A stretch of DNA of 64,000 nucleotides from Candidatus Aenigmatarchaeota archaeon (GTDB lineage Archaea > Aenigmatarchaeota > Aenigmatarchaeia > CG10238-14 > SpSt-28): assembly GCA_038997165.1 (NCBI GenBank), contig JAWBAK010000001.1, forward strand, positions 408,917 through 472,916, read 5' to 3'. Numbering within the stretch: the stretch's first letter is position 1; each line of letters opens with the position of its first letter. Below the pieces are notes generated by a model. It had not been told where the DNA came from and ran no database searches. It was given only the letters and a program-made list of their open reading frames with translations. Of the stretch, positions 29,384-39,345 are shown piece after piece. A program made the translations under genes and the position numbers.

Positions 29384-30814
29384 ATGAAAAAGCTAGGAGA
29401 AAATATATGGTATTCATTTTTAAATTCTCTAACCATATCAATATTTGGAAGCATTTTTTGGCTAATTTTATTTAAATTTTTAAAAGTTCAAGATTTTGGA
29501 TTAATTTCATATATATATGCCTCTTCTCTCTTTTTAATAAATTTATTTTCTTTTGGAAGTTTTCAAGCATTATGGAAGTATTGTAGTGAAAATAAATTTA
29601 AAAAAATTTTTATTTTTTCTTTTTTATTTTCTATTTTTGGAATATTTTTAATATACATTATTTCATTTTTTTATTTTAAAAATTTATTAATTTTTTATTT
29701 TTCGTTAGTATTGTTTATTTCTACATTTTTAGAAAATATACTTTTTGGATTTCAGGAATTTAAAAAAATATTTTTATCAAACTTTTTTTCATCTCTTTCT
29801 AAATTTATTCTAATTTTTTTAATTTATTATTTTTTTGATTTGAAAATCGAATTAATAATATTGGTGGTTATTTTAAGCATTTTAATTGGGATTATATTTA
29901 AATTTTTTTATTTGAAAAAATATTTGTTTAAAAATCTTTTTTTAAATATAAATTTTAATGAAATAAAGAGATTTTTAACTTTATCCTTTTCTTCATTTCT
30001 TTCTTCATTTTCTTCATTTTTTTATTCAAATTTTTTAGTAATTTCTTCTTTTCTAGTTTTTTCTTCGATACTTGCAGGTATAATTTATTTTTCTCAAATA
30101 ATTTCCACTATAATTTCTTTTTTCCCTTCTATTATTATCTCGGCAGCTTTACCGCTATTATCTAAGCTTTTTATTAGAGGAAAAGTAGAAAAAATAAACT
30201 TCATAATTAAAAATTTATTTATATTTTCAACAATAATAATAATTCCCCTAATTTTTTTAATTGCTTTTCATTTTGAAACAATCTTAAAAATAATAAATTC
30301 AAAAAATGAAATAATAAATAATTTTACTTCTTCAATTTTCTTAGTTGTTGCTATTTCATCTACATTCTTTTTATTTTCAAACATTTTATTTTCTTTATTA
30401 TTTTCTCTAAACAAAATAAAAGAAATTTATTTTACGGAATTTTTATCTATTTTAATTTTTATAGCACTTTTTTTTATTTCTTATAAATATGAAAATATCT
30501 TTTATCTTTTATTAGGTTATTTTTTTGTCCCTTTTTTTAAATTTTTATTATATTTTTATACTTTAAAAATTAATTTAAGCTCAATTTTTTCTATTAAATT
30601 AATTTTTTTAATTATTTTTTCTTTTTTAATTTCCTACTATTTAAAATCAGAAATATTAATTTTTGATGTCGTACTTTCTATTATTTCTTTATTTTTAATT
30701 CTTTTTTTTATAAAAACTATAAAAATATTTGATAGTAATTTTGAAAAATTTATAAAAGAATTAAGTTTATCTAATTTAGTTAAAAAAATAATTATTAAAC
30801 TCTTGTTGAATTAA
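29384..30814 (+). CDS. Polysaccharide/oligosaccharide flippase (Wzx/MOP-like)
   Basis: Many TM helices, N-terminal FWLILFKFL...DFGLIS, ALPLLSKL; highly F/I/L-biased. Confidence 0.7.
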   Translation: MKKLGENIWYSFLNSLTISIFGSIFWLILFKFLKVQDFGLISYIYASSLFLINLFSFGSFQALWKYCSENKFKKIFIFSFLFSIFGIFLIYIISFFYFKNLLIFYFSLVLFISTFLENILFGFQEFKKIFLSNFFSSLSKFILIFLIYYFFDLKIELIILVVILSILIGIIFKFFYLKKYLFKNLFLNINFNEIKRFLTLSFSSFLSSFSSFFYSNFLVISSFLVFSSILAGIIYFSQIISTIISFFPSIIISAALPLLSKLFIRGKVEKINFIIKNLFIFSTIIIIPLIFLIAFHFETILKIINSKNEIINNFTSSIFLVVAISSTFFLFSNILFSLLFSLNKIKEIYFTEFLSILIFIALFFISYKYENIFYLLLGYFFVPFFKFLLYFYTLKINLSSIFSIKLIFLIIFSFLISYYLKSEILIFDVVLSIISLFLILFFIKTIKIFDSNFEKFIKELSLSNLVKKIIIKLLLN

Positions 30815-30822
30815 ATTAAATT

Positions 30823-32514
30823 ATGAGATTTTTTGAAGTTTGTGAAATATATGAAAAATTAGAGAAGATAAGTTCAAAAATAGGAAAAACAGAAATTTTG
30901 GCTAATTTATTTAAGAAAGCCGAAGGAGAAGAATTAAAAAAATTAGTATTATTATCTACTGGTCAAATTTTCTTACCTTTTGAAAATAAGGAATTAGGAA
31001 TTGCATCTAAATTAGTAATGAGAAGTATTTCTAAAGCTAGCGGATTTGATTTAAAAAATATTGAAGAATTATATGTAAAATTTGGAGATTTGGGGAAAGT
31101 TGCTGAATATTGTATAAAAAATAGAAAACAAAAGATATTTTTTAAAAAAGAATTAACAGTAAGCGAAGTTTACGATAAATTAAGAGAAATTGGATTATAT
31201 GAAGGTGAAGGTTCTCAAGATAGAAAAATTTCTACTTTAGCTGGCCTATTAAATTTTAGTAATCCCTTAGAAGCTAGATATTTGGTTAGAATAGTTTTGG
31301 ATGAATTAAGAATTGGTGTTGCTGAAGGAATTATAAGAGATGCAATTGTTTTGGCATTTTTTAAACCTAGTGAAAAGGAAAAAGCATTATATTATGTTGA
31401 TTTTGCCTGGAATATATTGGGAGATTTTGGAGAAGTCGCAAAAATTGCAAAACACGAAGGAATAGAAGGTTTAAAAAAAGTTAAACCAGTTTTGGGTAGA
31501 CCAATTCAAGTTATGTTAGGAATAAAGGCAGAAAGTATTGAAGAAGTAATTAAAAGACACGGAAAAGTTATTGCAGAATTTAAATACGATGGCTTAAGAA
31601 TGCAAATACATAAGCAAAAAGATAAAGTATGGATTTTTACAAGAAGATTAGAAGATGTTACAAAACAATTTCCTGATGTTGTTGAAACTATAAGAAAAAA
31701 TATTTTAGCTGATGAATGTATTATCGAAGGAGAAGCATGGCCAATAGATATTAATACAAAATTACCTATGCCATTTCAAAAATTGAGTCAAAGAATTCAT
31801 AGAAAATATGATATTGAAAAAATGTCAAAAGAAATTCCTGTTCAGCTAAATTTATTTGATATAGTTTATTTAAATGGAGAAACTTTTTTTGAAATTCCCT
31901 TAATAAAAAGAAGAGAAATATTAAAAAATATAGTTAAGGAAGAAGAATTAAAAATACAGCTTGCTGAAAGTATTTATACTGATAATGTAAGAGAAATTGA
32001 AGAATTTTACAATAGAGCTTTAAGTTTAAAACAAGAAGGAATTATGCTTAAAAATCCACAATCTTTTTATATTTTTGGTAGACATGTTGGTGGTTGGTAT
32101 AAAATTAAACCTATAATGGAAACTTTAGATGTAGTAATTGTTGGAGCAGAATATGGGGAAGGATCTAGAAGTAAATGGCTTTCTAGCTATTTATTTGCAG
32201 TTAGAGATGAAGATACTGGCGAGTTATTAACTTGTGGAATGGGTGGTACAGGATTAACCGAGGAGCAATTTGAATTAATGACAGAAATATTAACTCCATT
32301 AATAATTAAAAGAGAGGGGAATTTTGTTTGGGTAAAACCTAAAATTGTTGTTGAAGTTAGTTATCAAGAAATTCAAAAAAGTCCAAATTATACTAGTGGA
32401 TATGCATTAAGATTTCCTAGAATAGAAAGAATAAGAGAAGATAAAAGTGTCAATGAAATAGATACTTTAAAAAGGCTTGAGGAATTATATAAATCTCAAG
32501 GAAAAGCAGGATGA
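30823..32514 (+). CDS. lig: ATP-dependent DNA ligase
   Basis: EFKYDGLRMQIH, IIEGE, LFDIVY, EGIMLK, WYKIK, LRFPRI..IREDK. Confidence 0.98.
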   Translation: MRFFEVCEIYEKLEKISSKIGKTEILANLFKKAEGEELKKLVLLSTGQIFLPFENKELGIASKLVMRSISKASGFDLKNIEELYVKFGDLGKVAEYCIKNRKQKIFFKKELTVSEVYDKLREIGLYEGEGSQDRKISTLAGLLNFSNPLEARYLVRIVLDELRIGVAEGIIRDAIVLAFFKPSEKEKALYYVDFAWNILGDFGEVAKIAKHEGIEGLKKVKPVLGRPIQVMLGIKAESIEEVIKRHGKVIAEFKYDGLRMQIHKQKDKVWIFTRRLEDVTKQFPDVVETIRKNILADECIIEGEAWPIDINTKLPMPFQKLSQRIHRKYDIEKMSKEIPVQLNLFDIVYLNGETFFEIPLIKRREILKNIVKEEELKIQLAESIYTDNVREIEEFYNRALSLKQEGIMLKNPQSFYIFGRHVGGWYKIKPIMETLDVVIVGAEYGEGSRSKWLSSYLFAVRDEDTGELLTCGMGGTGLTEEQFELMTEILTPLIIKREGNFVWVKPKIVVEVSYQEIQKSPNYTSGYALRFPRIERIREDKSVNEIDTLKRLEELYKSQGKAG

Positions 32515-32684
32515 TAAATAAAATAGTTGGAATAATTTTAATTTTATTTGGTATTTATTTTGGACTAAAAAATAAAGAAGATATTTTTGGAAGTTTAAGA
32601 TTTAATATTTTTAATATAAATAAAATATCAATACTAATTTCTTTATTATTAATTATTCTTGGAATAATTCTGATTTTATGGTAG
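32511..32684 (+). CDS. Small two-TM protein (57 aa), absent from the ORF track
   Basis: ATGA overlap with the lig stop; MINKIVGIILILFGIYFGL...ISILISLLLIILGIILILW*; overlaps the next start and fills the gap exactly. Confidence 0.65.
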   Translation: MINKIVGIILILFGIYFGLKNKEDIFGSLRFNIFNINKISILISLLLIILGIILILW

Positions 32685-34435
32685 AAGTTTTATTACCAGA
32701 TAAATTAAAAGAAGAAATTGAAAATTTTATAAAATCTTTAACTGGAAATAAAAAGTTTAGGTTACATGAAAAAGAATATTGTATTCTTTCTATGCCTCCA
32801 TATAGTTTAGATTTTACGCATTTTGCAGGGAAAGCAACTGAAATAATTTATTCAATTATATTTGGTTATGGAAAAAAGGGTTTTGATGTTTTTAAAGTAG
32901 ATGAAAATTTATATGTTAGTTCAGCCTATCAACCTTTTTATTCTAATATAAGAAAGCAAAAAGAAGAAATTGAAAATAATATAAAAGCACAACTAGCTCA
33001 AATTGCTACAGCAATTACAGATACTCAATTAATTGCTCATGATTATAGAAAATATAAATATTTTTTAAAAATTTTTCTTGAATTAGATGAAATTCAAAAA
33101 AAATTAAATGAAGAAAAAAATAAAGAAAAAATCGAAGAATTAAAAAAAAGAAAAAAAGAATTGGAGCAATCTTTGAGAAATATTTTTATTGATCAAGTCG
33201 ATATTTATACTGGTGATTTTTCTATAATAAACATGGCTAGAACTAGATGGACAACTTTTATTTCAGATTTTCTTTCATTAGAAGAAGAAAAAACACCAGA
33301 AGATATTTTACAAAAATTTCCAAATATAACAAAGGCAGAAGCAATACAATTAGCTAAAAAAAATCAATTATATTTAATTTGGAGAGAAGAATTTAAAAGA
33401 GTTGTTAAAGAGAGAGAGGCAGAATTAAGAAAGTTATTAATAATGAGAAAAAATTCAATAGATAAATATAAGGAAATGTTAAGACCGTTGATAGCAAGAT
33501 ATTTTTCTTTCAAAGAAGAGCCCTCTATATTTACATCAACTTCTTTATCATTTATTAAACCAGCGACATATCCTTTATTAATTGAATCTACAAAATTGTG
33601 GTTAATTAAGTCTATTCCACCATTTTATTTTGAATATGAAAAGATAAGGCAAGCTTCTCTATCTTTAGAAAGGATTGGTTTAATATCAGAAAATATTATT
33701 AAGCTTGTTGATAAATCGAAAGAAGAAAAAATAAAAAAGATTGTAATGCCAGTAGAACCATCTGTTGATAGAGTTGTATTAGCCGGATTAGAAGTTATTA
33801 ATCAAAAATTTGGTACAAACTTTTCAATAAATGATGTTTTAGATATAAGAGAAAGTATTTATAAAAAGGAGTATGAAGTTTCTCCAGATAAAGAAAGATG
33901 GAAATTAAGTCCATATTATGTTTTTGTTGAAATTTCATTAGATAGAGTATTATTAAAAACATATTCTGGTATAGAAATAGAAGATTTTGCATTTAGTATC
34001 AAACCTTATTTGATTTCCCAAAACTTAGCATTTTTAATGTATCTTCAAACAAAAGCATTAGATACATATTATGAACAACAAATTAATTCTTTTTTTGGAG
34101 AATCACTATTAAAGGAAATAGAAATAGAGGTAGATGTAAAAGGTCAAAAAACTAAGCAAAAACTTAACATTTGGTTAGATATAAGAAGTTTAGATTATAT
34201 TTTTGAAGAGGAAGAAAATTATAAGAAATTGGAAGAAGAAAAAAGAAGAGAGTTTTATAACGTTTTAAGCGAGTATGTTATTAAATTTGAAGAAACTTTT
34301 CTAAAAAGAAAATATTTTGCTCCATATTTATTATATGAACGATCTTTTGCTGATGAATATTTTTTTGATTATGTCGTAGCTACGAAAATAGATATAGATA
34401 GAACAATTGCATCTGCGTTTGGCTTTCCAATATAA
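32678..34435 (+). CDS. Hypothetical protein (585 aa), helical/coiled-coil
   Basis: Long ORF with genome-typical codon bias; no family recognised. Confidence 0.8.
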   Translation: MVEVLLPDKLKEEIENFIKSLTGNKKFRLHEKEYCILSMPPYSLDFTHFAGKATEIIYSIIFGYGKKGFDVFKVDENLYVSSAYQPFYSNIRKQKEEIENNIKAQLAQIATAITDTQLIAHDYRKYKYFLKIFLELDEIQKKLNEEKNKEKIEELKKRKKELEQSLRNIFIDQVDIYTGDFSIINMARTRWTTFISDFLSLEEEKTPEDILQKFPNITKAEAIQLAKKNQLYLIWREEFKRVVKEREAELRKLLIMRKNSIDKYKEMLRPLIARYFSFKEEPSIFTSTSLSFIKPATYPLLIESTKLWLIKSIPPFYFEYEKIRQASLSLERIGLISENIIKLVDKSKEEKIKKIVMPVEPSVDRVVLAGLEVINQKFGTNFSINDVLDIRESIYKKEYEVSPDKERWKLSPYYVFVEISLDRVLLKTYSGIEIEDFAFSIKPYLISQNLAFLMYLQTKALDTYYEQQINSFFGESLLKEIEIEVDVKGQKTKQKLNIWLDIRSLDYIFEEEENYKKLEEEKRREFYNVLSEYVIKFEETFLKRKYFAPYLLYERSFADEYFFDYVVATKIDIDRTIASAFGFPI

Positions 34436-34454
34436 TTATATCAAAGTTTAAAAA

Positions 34455-34838
34455 TTAAAGAATTAGACTGCTTCTATCTGCATAATTTACCGTATAATAT
34501 TTTGGTTTTAATGCATTTTTAATATATTCAAATGCTTTCCATGGATCAGTATGTTCTCCACATGTATAAATATCAACTGTAGCATAATTATATTCAATCC
34601 ATGTATGAATTGCAACATGACTTTCTGTTATTAATGCAATGACAGATACTCCACCCTTTTCTCCTCCAAAACTCCAGGATTTTATTTCATATAAATTTGC
34701 TCCAGATAATTTTACTGCTTCTATTACTATATTTTTAAGAATCTCTTCGTTTGATGCAACTTCTAGATCTATATAATAAAAATTACCATAAACATGCTTG
34801 CCAATTATTCTATTCTCTTTTTTATCTTCTTCTTTCAT
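34455..34838 (-). CDS. Pyruvoyl-dependent decarboxylase of the SpeD family, crenarchaeal arginine decarboxylase-like
   Basis: [27 protein letters not shown]^[24 protein letters not shown]. Confidence 0.85.
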   Translation of the reverse strand: MKEEDKKENRIIGKHVYGNFYYIDLEVASNEEILKNIVIEAVKLSGANLYEIKSWSFGGEKGGVSVIALITESHVAIHTWIEYNYATVDIYTCGEHTDPWKAFEYIKNALKPKYYTVNYADRSSLIL

Positions 34839-35682
34839 ATTATTATCAATATATAATATATATTGGTGTTAAATATATTTGGTGTGCGCTTATATACTAC
34901 TATCTATTACTCCATATATTAATTTTCAATATCACTTTAAAAGACTGAATTATTTTTAGTTTTGTTTTTTAATTTTTTGATTTAAATTCATAGAGAATTT
35001 TAAGTGCTTTAAAATTTTATTTTATTATTTTTTCTTCTTTTATTTTTTGTTTCATTTTTTCTTACTTCTTTACAATAATTTTGTAAATTACTTTATTATT
35101 GCAAAACTTTTTAGAAGTTTCACTGCAAATATAAAACGAAATAGAATCGAAGTTCAATACTTCATATGGACATATAACAGAGGTTAAACTGCTCTTGAAG
35201 AATGCTTCTAGTTCTTCTACGCTCTATATATGGAATACATAAACTGTTGTTAACAATTAAAAAACATGGATTTTTACAATGGAAAGAATTATAAAAAATC
35301 AGTTGGAAGATATGAAAAATCGATTTAAAAACTTTGAAAGATTACTGAGTTTATTAATTTCTGCACCTTTATTCAATCCTTATAATCTTCCAGTCTAAAT
35401 TCTCTTATTTTCGCTTTTAATCTATTTGAAATTCTTTATATACCTCACTAATGTAGGATCAAAAAGACTTCATCATATACACATAGTTAATTAGAGTAAA
35501 TTAGCTAAAATTATACTAAAATAGGAGATTTAAAAATAGCTATTAGTTAGGATTGAGTTAGAGAAAGCAATAATAAAAGTTTCTAAAATACAATAAAATT
35601 AAAGAATGAATGATACCAGATTTTAACATGGACAAGGTTTTATAAACTTATTTATTTTATTAAATTATTAAAAGTAAATTTT

Positions 35683-35757
35683 TGCCCCCGACGGGATTTG
35701 AACCCGCGACCACTGGGTCCGAAGCCCAGTGCTCTATCCAGGCTGAGCTACGGGGGC
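35683..35757 (-). tRNA. tRNA-Arg(TCG)
   Basis: Reverse complement GCCCCCGTAGCTCAGCCTGGATAGAGCACTGGGCT-TCG-GACCCAGTGGTCGCGGGTTCAAATCCCGTCGGGGGCA folds as a cloverleaf. Confidence 0.96.
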
Positions 35758-35816
35758 TCATAATTTGTTTATAATTTGTTTTTATCAAAAATCTAAAATT
35801 GTAAAATGAAACTAAC

Positions 35817-37184
35817 TTAATATTCTAAAAATTGTTTTTCAAACTGTTTTACATATTCAACACTTTTTTTTGCATCTACAAATAATTTTTCGACTCTTTC
35901 TACATGGTTTTTATCTATTATCTTTGAGTTCTCTTCTTTTGCAACTATGTTTGCTGGATGTAATAATTGCATAGCATATCTTAAGCTATTTTTTATACCT
36001 AATTGAGTTAAATATTCTAGAGCTTCATCACTTAATTCAATTTTATCGTTTTTAGCCTTTATTTTAATAATTTCTCTAATTTCTTTTTCTGTATATGGTC
36101 TTGTATTTATAATTAATAGTCTATCTAGTAAATCTATTGGCATTGCGTGTGGAGATTTATAATCGGTACCTCTTATTGGCGCAATTCCTCTGTTTGTTGC
36201 AAAAATAAATATTGGGCTTAATTCTTGTTCCATTGCTCTGTTTAAAAATGCAAAAGTTTCTATATCTAATAAGCTACATTCATCAATAAAAACTACTCCA
36301 GGAACTAATTCTGCTTTTCCTTCTTTTATTAATTCTTTAACTATTTCATCAACTTCTTTTCTTATTTCACTATCTATTTCTTTTCTTTCTGCGCCAAAAA
36401 ATATACTAGCTATATCTATAGAAGATTTTGCTCTAGCTAGGTCTAATTGATGTAATGTAACTACATATACAAATTCTTTTTCTTTTAAAACTTTTCCTTT
36501 TGGTAATGGTATAGGTTTTTCTGCGGTTAATTCTTCTTCACTCTTTTTAATAACTCTTTCACTTTTTCCATATTTTACAATTCTACCACCATCTACATCT
36601 ATAGCAATAATATCTCCAATTTCAACTCCTTGTTGAACTAATTGAATTGCAAATGTTTGATCTACACTTAATTTTTTGGAATCTTCACTAGTTTCTAATT
36701 TAATAGTTGCTGAATAGGGAATTTGATAATATGGATTATAAGGATGCGGTTTATGTTTAATATCAAGCTCAGTAACTTCTCCTTCATAAACTTTTCTTAC
36801 TTCTCTTATTCTTACTCCAATTGCTTTTCTTAATGTTTGTGTTAAAAATTCGGTTTTTTTAACCTCTGCACTATATATTTCGCTAGCCGCTAAATGAACA
36901 AAGGGAACATCTTTACCAAGTTCTTTAGCAATTCCAATAGCTAATGCAGTTTTTCCGCTTCCTGGAGGACCTGCAATTAAAATTCCTTTGCCAGCAAACT
37001 TACCTTCTTTAATTAACCTAACAATTATACCAGCAGCTTCTCTAGCTTCTTCTTGTCCTACAAATCCATCTGCAATAAATTCTGCCTTTAGTCCTTTTAA
37101 ACCCAAACCTTTTATATGGCTATGTGCTGCTATTCTTTCAAATTCTCTTAATTCTTTAACTTCAGTAATTTCTCTTATTTCCAT
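35817..37184 (-). CDS. TIP49/RuvB-like (Rvb1/2 homologue) AAA+ ATPase
   Basis: AAHSHIKGLGL, GFVGQEEAREAAG, AGPPGSGKTALA, SEIYSAEVKKTE, VTLHQLD, PGVVFIDE, ATNRG, DLLDRLLI, SLRYA. Confidence 0.95.
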   Translation of the reverse strand: MEIREITEVKELREFERIAAHSHIKGLGLKGLKAEFIADGFVGQEEAREAAGIIVRLIKEGKFAGKGILIAGPPGSGKTALAIGIAKELGKDVPFVHLAASEIYSAEVKKTEFLTQTLRKAIGVRIREVRKVYEGEVTELDIKHKPHPYNPYYQIPYSATIKLETSEDSKKLSVDQTFAIQLVQQGVEIGDIIAIDVDGGRIVKYGKSERVIKKSEEELTAEKPIPLPKGKVLKEKEFVYVVTLHQLDLARAKSSIDIASIFFGAERKEIDSEIRKEVDEIVKELIKEGKAELVPGVVFIDECSLLDIETFAFLNRAMEQELSPIFIFATNRGIAPIRGTDYKSPHAMPIDLLDRLLIINTRPYTEKEIREIIKIKAKNDKIELSDEALEYLTQLGIKNSLRYAMQLLHPANIVAKEENSKIIDKNHVERVEKLFVDAKKSVEYVKQFEKQFLEY

Positions 37185-37221
37185 GATTTATATTTTAAAA
37201 TAAAGAGTAAAAAATTTAAAT

Positions 37222-37977
37222 TTATAAATATTTTCTTATTTCTTTAGATTTATCTATGGCTAAATCTAATAACTTTTCCATTTCATTAAATTTAAACTTT
37301 CCTTTCAATTTTTGAACAGCAACAATTTTTTCATCATCTCTTATTCCAAAAGCTATTAAATCATTTATAACTTGCTCTTCATCATAAGTTAAATCTAATA
37401 TATAAGAATCATTAATTTTTCCTATTGTTACATATGTTGGCTTATATCTTACAGGTAAATTACCTATAAATTCATTTCTTATTAAACTATTGTTTTCATA
37501 TTTTGGAATTTTAGTAGAATGTAAAGCAGCAATACTTGCTAATGCACTTGCATCTAATAAGTTTCCATCGTTAGAAATTACATGTATATCAACAAAGACT
37601 CCATAAACTTTTCCATCTTCTATAAACAGTTTTTCTAATTCAATCATTTTTGATTCTCTAATTATTCTATCTACTAATCTAGCCAATTCTATTGCATACT
37701 CATTTGGTGGACCTGGTTCAAATGTTGGATGTGCAATTGGAGGAAACTCTACATTTACTACTAGAATTCCTTCGTTTGGAGTATCTGGAAAAGGTTGTGC
37801 TAATTCTATTTTTACTCCAGCTATTACATGTGTATTTCCAAGTTTTACGCTTGCACTACCTTCAGCCTTAGGTATAATATTTTTTTCTATTTCAATTTTT
37901 CTATATTCTAAAAAACTTCTATTGTCTAATCTTTTTCCTTCTTTTAATACTTGTAAAACTATTCTTTCATCAATCAT
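37222..37977 (-). CDS. rrp42: Exosome subunit Rrp42
   Basis: GKRLDNR, AEGSA.V.LG.T, FPDTPNEG, FEPGPP, DGNLLDA. Confidence 0.95.
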   Translation of the reverse strand: MIDERIVLQVLKEGKRLDNRSFLEYRKIEIEKNIIPKAEGSASVKLGNTHVIAGVKIELAQPFPDTPNEGILVVNVEFPPIAHPTFEPGPPNEYAIELARLVDRIIRESKMIELEKLFIEDGKVYGVFVDIHVISNDGNLLDASALASIAALHSTKIPKYENNSLIRNEFIGNLPVRYKPTYVTIGKINDSYILDLTYDEEQVINDLIAFGIRDDEKIVAVQKLKGKFKFNEMEKLLDLAIDKSKEIRKYL

Positions 37978-38689
37978 GTTTTTCCAAATAATTCCTTAAT
38001 GCTTCTTTTTGTTTTTCATAAACAACTTTAGCTTTTTCCTTAAGCAAACTAAGTGCATATAGAAATTCTTCTTTTTTTAGTTCTCCATCCATTTGTAGAA
38101 GAACAATTTCATCTGTAGCAAATAAATAACCAAAAGATATATCAGCATTTCCATAATTATCTTCTAATTGGTTTAAATCAACTACAATTTTATCTTCTAT
38201 TTTTCCAGCAGTAAGTCCTACTATTAAATCTTTCATAGAAATTCCAGCTAATGCTAATGCTAAACTAATTGCATTTAACGATGTAACTCTAGTTGAACCG
38301 TCGCTAGAAATTATTTCTGCATAACAATCTATAGTAGCTCTTGGATATTCTTCTAAAAATATAGAGTTTTCTATTGCATCTCTTAAAACTTTAGATAATT
38401 CAATACTTCTTCTATCAGTACCAGGATTCTTTCTTGTATCTGTGCTAAAAGGTGCCATATTATATCTAACTCTTACTATAGCTTTTTCTTCTTCTTGTAA
38501 AAATTTTGGTTGTAAACTTCTTGCCCCATATACTGCTGCAATAGCAATTGTATTTCCAAAAGAAAATTTTGCACTTCCATTTGCTATAGGAATTATTCCT
38601 AGCTCGATATTTATATTTCTAATTTCATCTAAATTTCTTCCATCACTTCTTTTTCCATTTTCAAGTAGTTTTATATTTTCTTTTTTCAT
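37970..38689 (-). CDS. rrp41: Exosome subunit Rrp41
   Basis: RSDGR..DEIR, ANGSA, YNMAPFS, RRSIELS, DGSTR, LLQMDG. Confidence 0.95.
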   Translation of the reverse strand: MKKENIKLLENGKRSDGRNLDEIRNINIELGIIPIANGSAKFSFGNTIAIAAVYGARSLQPKFLQEEEKAIVRVRYNMAPFSTDTRKNPGTDRRSIELSKVLRDAIENSIFLEEYPRATIDCYAEIISSDGSTRVTSLNAISLALALAGISMKDLIVGLTAGKIEDKIVVDLNQLEDNYGNADISFGYLFATDEIVLLQMDGELKKEEFLYALSLLKEKAKVVYEKQKEALRNYLEKHD

Positions 38690-39345
38690 TTTTCCTCTAA
38701 ATATTTCATTACCATTTCTGTTAATCCTTTAAAGTGCGAATTTCTTTCGATAAATTTTATTGCATTAATAGCTTTTATCATATTTTCAGCTTTTTTTGAT
38801 TTTATCCATATGTATCCATTTTTTCCTACAATTATTTCACAATTTGTTTTTTCTGAAATTAATTTTATCATACTCATGTTTTTTCCAATAATTCTCGCAA
38901 CTTTTGCTGGATTTACACTTATTATTCCTCCACCATTTAATTTTCTAAGATTATCATCTTTTAGCGAAATTTGTATTATTTTATAATTTATTACGTTTAT
39001 AACTTTTGCATATATAATTTCGTTAATATTAATAATTTTGCTCAAATCTGTTCGATAAATATCTATAAATTCTTTTACAGCTTCTGCAATAGGTAAAAAA
39101 GCATAATTAATAGAGTTAATGTCAACAAACCAACCAGCAGCTTCTACTTCTTTTACTATTCCTATAACTTTATCTCCAACTTCTGGATAATAAGTGGAAG
39201 ATAAAGAAATTACTTTAGTTTTTTCTTCATCCTTTGAAATTAAAGAAACTTTTTTTGAAATAAATTTATTGTTAAGTTTATAGCTAAATTCATTCTTTTC
39301 AACTTCTTCTCCTGGCAATACTATTTTACCATATAGCTCAGCCAT
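38686..39345 (-). CDS. rrp4: Exosome RNA-binding subunit Rrp4
   Basis: VLPGE, YYPEVGDKVIG (S1), RIIGKNMSM, VGKNGYIW (KH). Confidence 0.93.
   Translation of the reverse strand: MAELYGKIVLPGEEVEKNEFSYKLNNKFISKKVSLISKDEEKTKVISLSSTYYPEVGDKVIGIVKEVEAAGWFVDINSINYAFLPIAEAVKEFIDIYRTDLSKIININEIIYAKVINVINYKIIQISLKDDNLRKLNGGGIISVNPAKVARIIGKNMSMIKLISEKTNCEIIVGKNGYIWIKSKKAENMIKAINAIKFIERNSHFKGLTEMVMKYLEEK

Noticed and set aside
34751..34948. 65-aa plus-strand ORF, and the short TATATT(T)GGTGT repeat upstream of the decarboxylase
   Set aside because: The ORF overlaps the decarboxylase antisense and looks non-coding; two short AT-rich copies are too weak to call an operator
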